From a virus: DNA of 64,000 nt. This document shows, one piece after another, positions 60,340 through 64,000 of this stretch. The translations under genes were made by a program, and so were the position numbers. The DNA is taken from IMG/VR virus record IMGVR_UViG_3300045131_002362, positions 1 through 64,000 of that record. One strand, 5' to 3'. The stretch's first letter is position 1. Each line of letters starts with the position of its first letter. Under the pieces are notes generated by a model. That model did not search any database and was not told the origin of the DNA. It saw only the letters and a program-made list of their open reading frames with translations.

Positions 60340-61629
60340 TCAGTTGCCGTTCTTGTCGGTGAATTTCACGATCATCGTTGCGACATCGGTGCCGGAAGAT
60401 TTGAAAGCGCCCGAGTCGACATCTTCGATCTCCACACTGTAACCGTCCGCGAGTTCGGAAAAGCATCGACGGTCACGATTGGGCCACATGATCGCGACCA
60501 GGATTCCTCCGGGCCTGAGAAAGCGCAGCGCGTGCTTCACGTGCCGGCAGTCTTGATTTTTGGAGAACGGAGGGTTCATCACGATTCTGTCGAACGTGCC
60601 GAGATCCGCAACCGTCATGTCAAGAAAGTCACCGGAAAACACGGAAAACTTTGTGTTGTCGATCTTCGCGGCCTCTCGGTCCGACAGCTCGACGCCGGTG
60701 GCCTCGCAGCCTTCTGGCAGCGCCCTCAGAAGCGCCCCGTCACCTGCGCTCGGCTCCAGTACACGATTGCCGATCGCAATCTCGGCAAGTTCCACGACAT
60801 GCGCGGCGAGCTGGTCCGGCGTATAAAACGCCTGACGGTCTTTCTTCTCGTTTTCGAGATCCCCGGTCTCGATGTAGGCTGCCAACTTTTCGCGTGGATC
60901 GTCGGCGAACTTGAAACACTGCCCCGACGTGTTCCACTTCCCACCCAAAACGGTCATGACGGCCTTGACCTTTTCGTACAGATCCCTTGCGAGCTGCTTT
61001 TTCGGCAGTCGGACAAAGGTTTCCGCGATCTCGCACTGGGAGACGGCTGTCCGCACAGGGTCGTCCAAAAGGGCAGGAGGCGGGGTTTGTTTCTGACGCT
61101 TCACGGTTTCCTCTTTCTTTTTCGGGATTGTCTCTGCGTCGATCCTCGCGAGATAGCGCGACGCGAGTATCTGGTTTGAGACCACATACACGTCGGCCTT
61201 CTTCGTTTCGTGAACAACGACCTTGAAATACACCTTGTCGTTGCTCACGACCAGCATGTTCTCCTCGCAAGCCTTCAGCACTGCTGCGCTCGGGACGACT
61301 CGAAATGAACCGCACGGATAGTCGATCGTGACGAAATCCGAAACGATGAGCGAGCCGGCCTTGCTGTCGCCGTTGCCCGGCTTGAAAATGTCTTCCCATT
61401 TTTCAGGCCCGGGGAGAAGCGGCTCGCACAGATGGCCATAGTGGAACTTGGCCGACGGAGTGTGCAGCTTGGAAAGCAGCAGCTCCCTTCTTTCTGCGGG
61501 CGTCTCGAAGATATCGCCGTCTTCGCATTCCGTCCAGAGATCGCCCATGTCCTGTTCAAAAATCTTTGCGCGCTGGCCACGGTATGGTGCGCCGATGTTC
61601 ACGAAGATGCCTTCTTTGATGAGCTTCAT
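60340..61629 (-). CDS. Amino (N6-adenine type) DNA methyltransferase with N-terminal fused domains
   Basis: FYTP, VLEPSAGDGALL, IVMNPPF, GAFKSSGT. Confidence 0.85.
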   Translation of the reverse strand: MKLIKEGIFVNIGAPYRGQRAKIFEQDMGDLWTECEDGDIFETPAERRELLLSKLHTPSAKFHYGHLCEPLLPGPEKWEDIFKPGNGDSKAGSLIVSDFVTIDYPCGSFRVVPSAAVLKACEENMLVVSNDKVYFKVVVHETKKADVYVVSNQILASRYLARIDAETIPKKKEETVKRQKQTPPPALLDDPVRTAVSQCEIAETFVRLPKKQLARDLYEKVKAVMTVLGGKWNTSGQCFKFADDPREKLAAYIETGDLENEKKDRQAFYTPDQLAAHVVELAEIAIGNRVLEPSAGDGALLRALPEGCEATGVELSDREAAKIDNTKFSVFSGDFLDMTVADLGTFDRIVMNPPFSKNQDCRHVKHALRFLRPGGILVAIMWPNRDRRCFSELADGYSVEIEDVDSGAFKSSGTDVATMIVKFTDKNGN

Positions 61630-62012
61630 TCGTCGCCTTCGCTTTCAAAATCGGGCATCACAATCCCGCTTCCGGCCGGATCTTTTCTAAGTTCCAAGCC
61701 GCCCATGTCACAGTTCTGAATCTTCAGGGCGCATCCGCGCCCGTCCCAGTTGAAGATGGGCTCGGGCTTGCCGTCACCAATGATGCGCCGCATCTCACGC
61801 AGGATGGCCACAGACTCGCGCTTTACGCGCGCCGTCTTGACCTCGCCGTTGCACCAACCGACAGACAAGGCGCGCGCCCTGCGCTCCAGGCGCAGCAGCT
61901 TGCGACACAGGCGCAGCGGATCGCGCTCTCGGCAGTTGGGCCAGATCGCGAGCAGATCACGTCCATGTCGCTCGATCTGCGCATTCATCTTCTCACGCTG
62001 TTTCGCGTTCAC
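61626..62012 (-). CDS. Hypothetical protein
   Basis: AAGGAGG SD with GTG. Confidence 0.65.
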   Translation of the reverse strand: MNAKQREKMNAQIERHGRDLLAIWPNCRERDPLRLCRKLLRLERRARALSVGWCNGEVKTARVKRESVAILREMRRIIGDGKPEPIFNWDGRGCALKIQNCDMGGLELRKDPAGSGIVMPDFESEGDE

Positions 62013-62178
62013 GTTTCCTCCTTTGCCTCTTCATTCACCTCTTTCAGGAATATGGATACAGCCGTCCGTTTGTTGTAGCCCAAGTACTTCCTGCGAAAGA
62101 TTGCGTCGCCGATCTGCGCCTCGATAACAAGCCATCCGCTCGGCGGCGTCTTGATCGCAATGTCCTTTCGCGTAACCC

Positions 62179-62367
62179 TCATTTACGCACCTCCTTCACT
62201 TTCGGGCGCTCAATTACGCCGGCAAGATACAGCGCCTCCTCGTCAAAAGGCTGTGAGAGGTCGCGCCGCATAGCATCGAGCATGTCTACGCTCCAGTCTC
62301 TAACATTGTCGTACTTGTGACGCTGCGCCCTCATATGCGCGACCCGCTGTTCGGTCGTCATAATCAC
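62179..62367 (-). CDS. Hypothetical protein
   Basis: Coupled ORF. Confidence 0.5.
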   Translation of the reverse strand: MIMTTEQRVAHMRAQRHKYDNVRDWSVDMLDAMRRDLSQPFDEEALYLAGVIERPKVKEVRK

Positions 62368-62612
62368 TTGCGAACCTCCTCATAGGCCGATACGGCCATT
62401 TCCAGTTCGCGAACGGCAGTCGACAGACGACAGGTAGGCCAGTCGCGAACGACATTCTTCGCCGCTCGGACAAGGATCTCCTCGGTTGACTTGCGTACGT
62501 TCTCGCGTCCACGTTTGGACTTTCGCAGCGCAGCCTTCTTCTCCTGCGCCCAATGGTACGTCGCCTGGTCTTCTTTGGACATCGTATCCAGAACACATTT
62601 CGGAATGCTCAT
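62364..62612 (-). CDS. Hypothetical protein
   Basis: GGAGG SD, ATGA coupling. Confidence 0.6.
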   Translation of the reverse strand: MSIPKCVLDTMSKEDQATYHWAQEKKAALRKSKRGRENVRKSTEEILVRAAKNVVRDWPTCRLSTAVRELEMAVSAYEEVRK

Positions 62613-63055
62613 TTCGCCTCCTCGATGAGTTCGCCGTAGTAGTGGCCCGGTCGCAGGTTCCAAACGTCCAGATAGTCGTTCACGACGAGCTTGCGGCAGT
62701 CCTCCGGAAGATCCTCGAAGCGGATGCGCTTCCCGAGATGGCACTTGCGGCCGATCGCCGGGGGCCAGTGCCACCCAGGTTTCTCGCCCATCGTGTCGCA
62801 TGGCTGGATCTTCGTACTGCCCCACATGCCGACGCCCTGCGGATGGAAGGGCTCTCCGCTCATGGCGCGATACGGGTACTCGCCGCCGCACGCCTTGACG
62901 CACGCAGCCCCGCTGAACACGACGGTGTAGCGGTCGGTGCTTCCACCAGTGTCGGGGTCTCCACCGTTATCGTAGCAGCGAATCCAACGCGGGATTCCGT
63001 TCGGCATCAGCGACACGAGGCGCTTGGCCAGCATCGCGGGACTTTGCTTCTTCAT
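62609..63055 (-). CDS. Hypothetical phage protein
   Basis: YDNGG...DRYTVV...GKRIRFEDLP. Confidence 0.7.
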   Translation of the reverse strand: MKKQSPAMLAKRLVSLMPNGIPRWIRCYDNGGDPDTGGSTDRYTVVFSGAACVKACGGEYPYRAMSGEPFHPQGVGMWGSTKIQPCDTMGEKPGWHWPPAIGRKCHLGKRIRFEDLPEDCRKLVVNDYLDVWNLRPGHYYGELIEEAK

Positions 63056-63426
63056 CTTGCGTTCTCCGGTTTGAGCATTCCGCCGCTCTGAAGCGACGCT
63101 TCCAGATCGACCAGATCCTGTATCGGAACAGCCGTGAGAAGGTGGGCGTAGCCTCTCTTCTCAAAAGCATTTCTGGCAGCCGCAGCATCTTTCTCGGCGA
63201 CCAGAAAGTTGACCGTCGGCGGCGCCATGCCGTCACCGAACCTGATGCGACCTCCCGGTCCTGAACCACATGCGGGTTTGAAGTCGTTGTTCTTCATCGC
63301 GATCTTGTGCTCTACGCCGGCGGCGGTCAGAATGTCGCCGAAGAACTTCGCGTTCCGCTGGGCATAGTAGTCGTAGGGGCACACGCTATGGCATCCCGTC
63401 ACGCTCGCAACGATAAGTTCGCTCAT
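63052..63426 (-). CDS. Hypothetical protein
   Basis: AAGGAG SD, coupled. Confidence 0.6.
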   Translation of the reverse strand: MSELIVASVTGCHSVCPYDYYAQRNAKFFGDILTAAGVEHKIAMKNNDFKPACGSGPGGRIRFGDGMAPPTVNFLVAEKDAAAARNAFEKRGYAHLLTAVPIQDLVDLEASLQSGGMLKPENAR

Positions 63427-63683
63427 GCTTCCGGCTCCTTCCATTTGGGGTCGTTGAAAAGACAATACACCTTCGTATCGTTGGCGCAGAGGTCGACGAA
63501 CAGATCTTCGAGCTTGAAGCTCACCTCGGCATCGTTCTCACGCATCCGCGCCGCGCCCTCGATCAGCGTCGGCCGGCACATGTCGCGATCCACCTCGATC
63601 GTGCCGCTGAATTCGCCGACTGTCTTCCAATCCGTTTGTGACGCGTGATCTATTATGGCCACGTCTTTGCACACGAATCTCAT
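63423..63683 (-). CDS. Hypothetical protein
   Basis: AAGGAG SD, coupled. Confidence 0.6.
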   Translation of the reverse strand: MRFVCKDVAIIDHASQTDWKTVGEFSGTIEVDRDMCRPTLIEGAARMRENDAEVSFKLEDLFVDLCANDTKVYCLFNDPKWKEPEA

Positions 63684-63916
63684 ACGCACTCCTTCCACAA
63701 TGCCTGATCCAGAACCGGCTTGCCGTCGATCCACAATTCGCCGGGAGGCAGGTTCAACCACATGCCGTTATCCTGCGCTTTGCCGTACACGGGCGTCCAC
63801 CGCTGCTCGCCATCGTGCCAGTAGCCGACTGCCGTCTTGTCCGGCCCGTAGATCGCGATGCGCTTGCCGGGGTTGTCCGTCTTGAGCTGTTCCGCCAGAC
63901 CTTCCGCTGTGTACAT
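63680..63916 (-). CDS. Hypothetical protein
   Basis: ATG at 63916, coupled to the next ORF. Confidence 0.55.
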   Translation of the reverse strand: MYTAEGLAEQLKTDNPGKRIAIYGPDKTAVGYWHDGEQRWTPVYGKAQDNGMWLNLPPGELWIDGKPVLDQALWKECV

Positions 63917-64000
63917 TTTACACCCTGTATCCGTAGAAGCCCGTGCCGTCCCGCTTGCAGACGGCGCGTGCCAGATCGTCCATCGTACGTTTGCGCACAC

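Larger units (their letters stand above)
1..64000. mobile_element. Tailed dsDNA bacteriophage genome segment (siphovirus-like)
   Basis: Tail tube/chaperone/tape measure order, phage-type replisome, dense small early ORFs with coupled starts/stops, no host core genes. Confidence 0.95.

Overview
The window looks like a 64-kb slice of a GC-rich, long-tailed dsDNA phage genome. No host housekeeping genes, integrase, terminase, capsid or endolysin are recognisable. The + strand (1-18.6 kb) carries the tail module: tail tube, two chaperone ORFs in a +1/-2 frame relationship, tape measure, a BACON-repeat protein, a fibre-like protein and a lysis-like region. The - strand (18.6-64 kb) carries a replication/recombination module: family B polymerase, DnaX-like loader, beta-clamp-like protein, gp32-like SSB, DnaB, SF3/primase fusion, RecA, split SbcC plus SbcD and a 5'-3' exonuclease. 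It also has a tmRNA-tRNA(Gln)-nucleotidyltransferase cassette, an iteron/IHF-site region at about 49.2-49.4 kb and many small early genes. Most notable: (1) three late-region proteins, one fibre-like, have Sec-type signal peptides, and the two large ones show a strong Thr-Asn dipeptide excess, suggesting export and possibly host modification of phage structural proteins (host style suggests Kiritimatiellia/Verrucomicrobia, an inference); (2) a four-copy phage-specific promoter GGCGCG[G/T]GAA-N9-TTCGGATATAATG; (3) a ~60-aa domain shared by the primase N-terminus and, twice, by an HNH nuclease next to the putative origin. All family calls are from motif recognition by eye, with no database searches.
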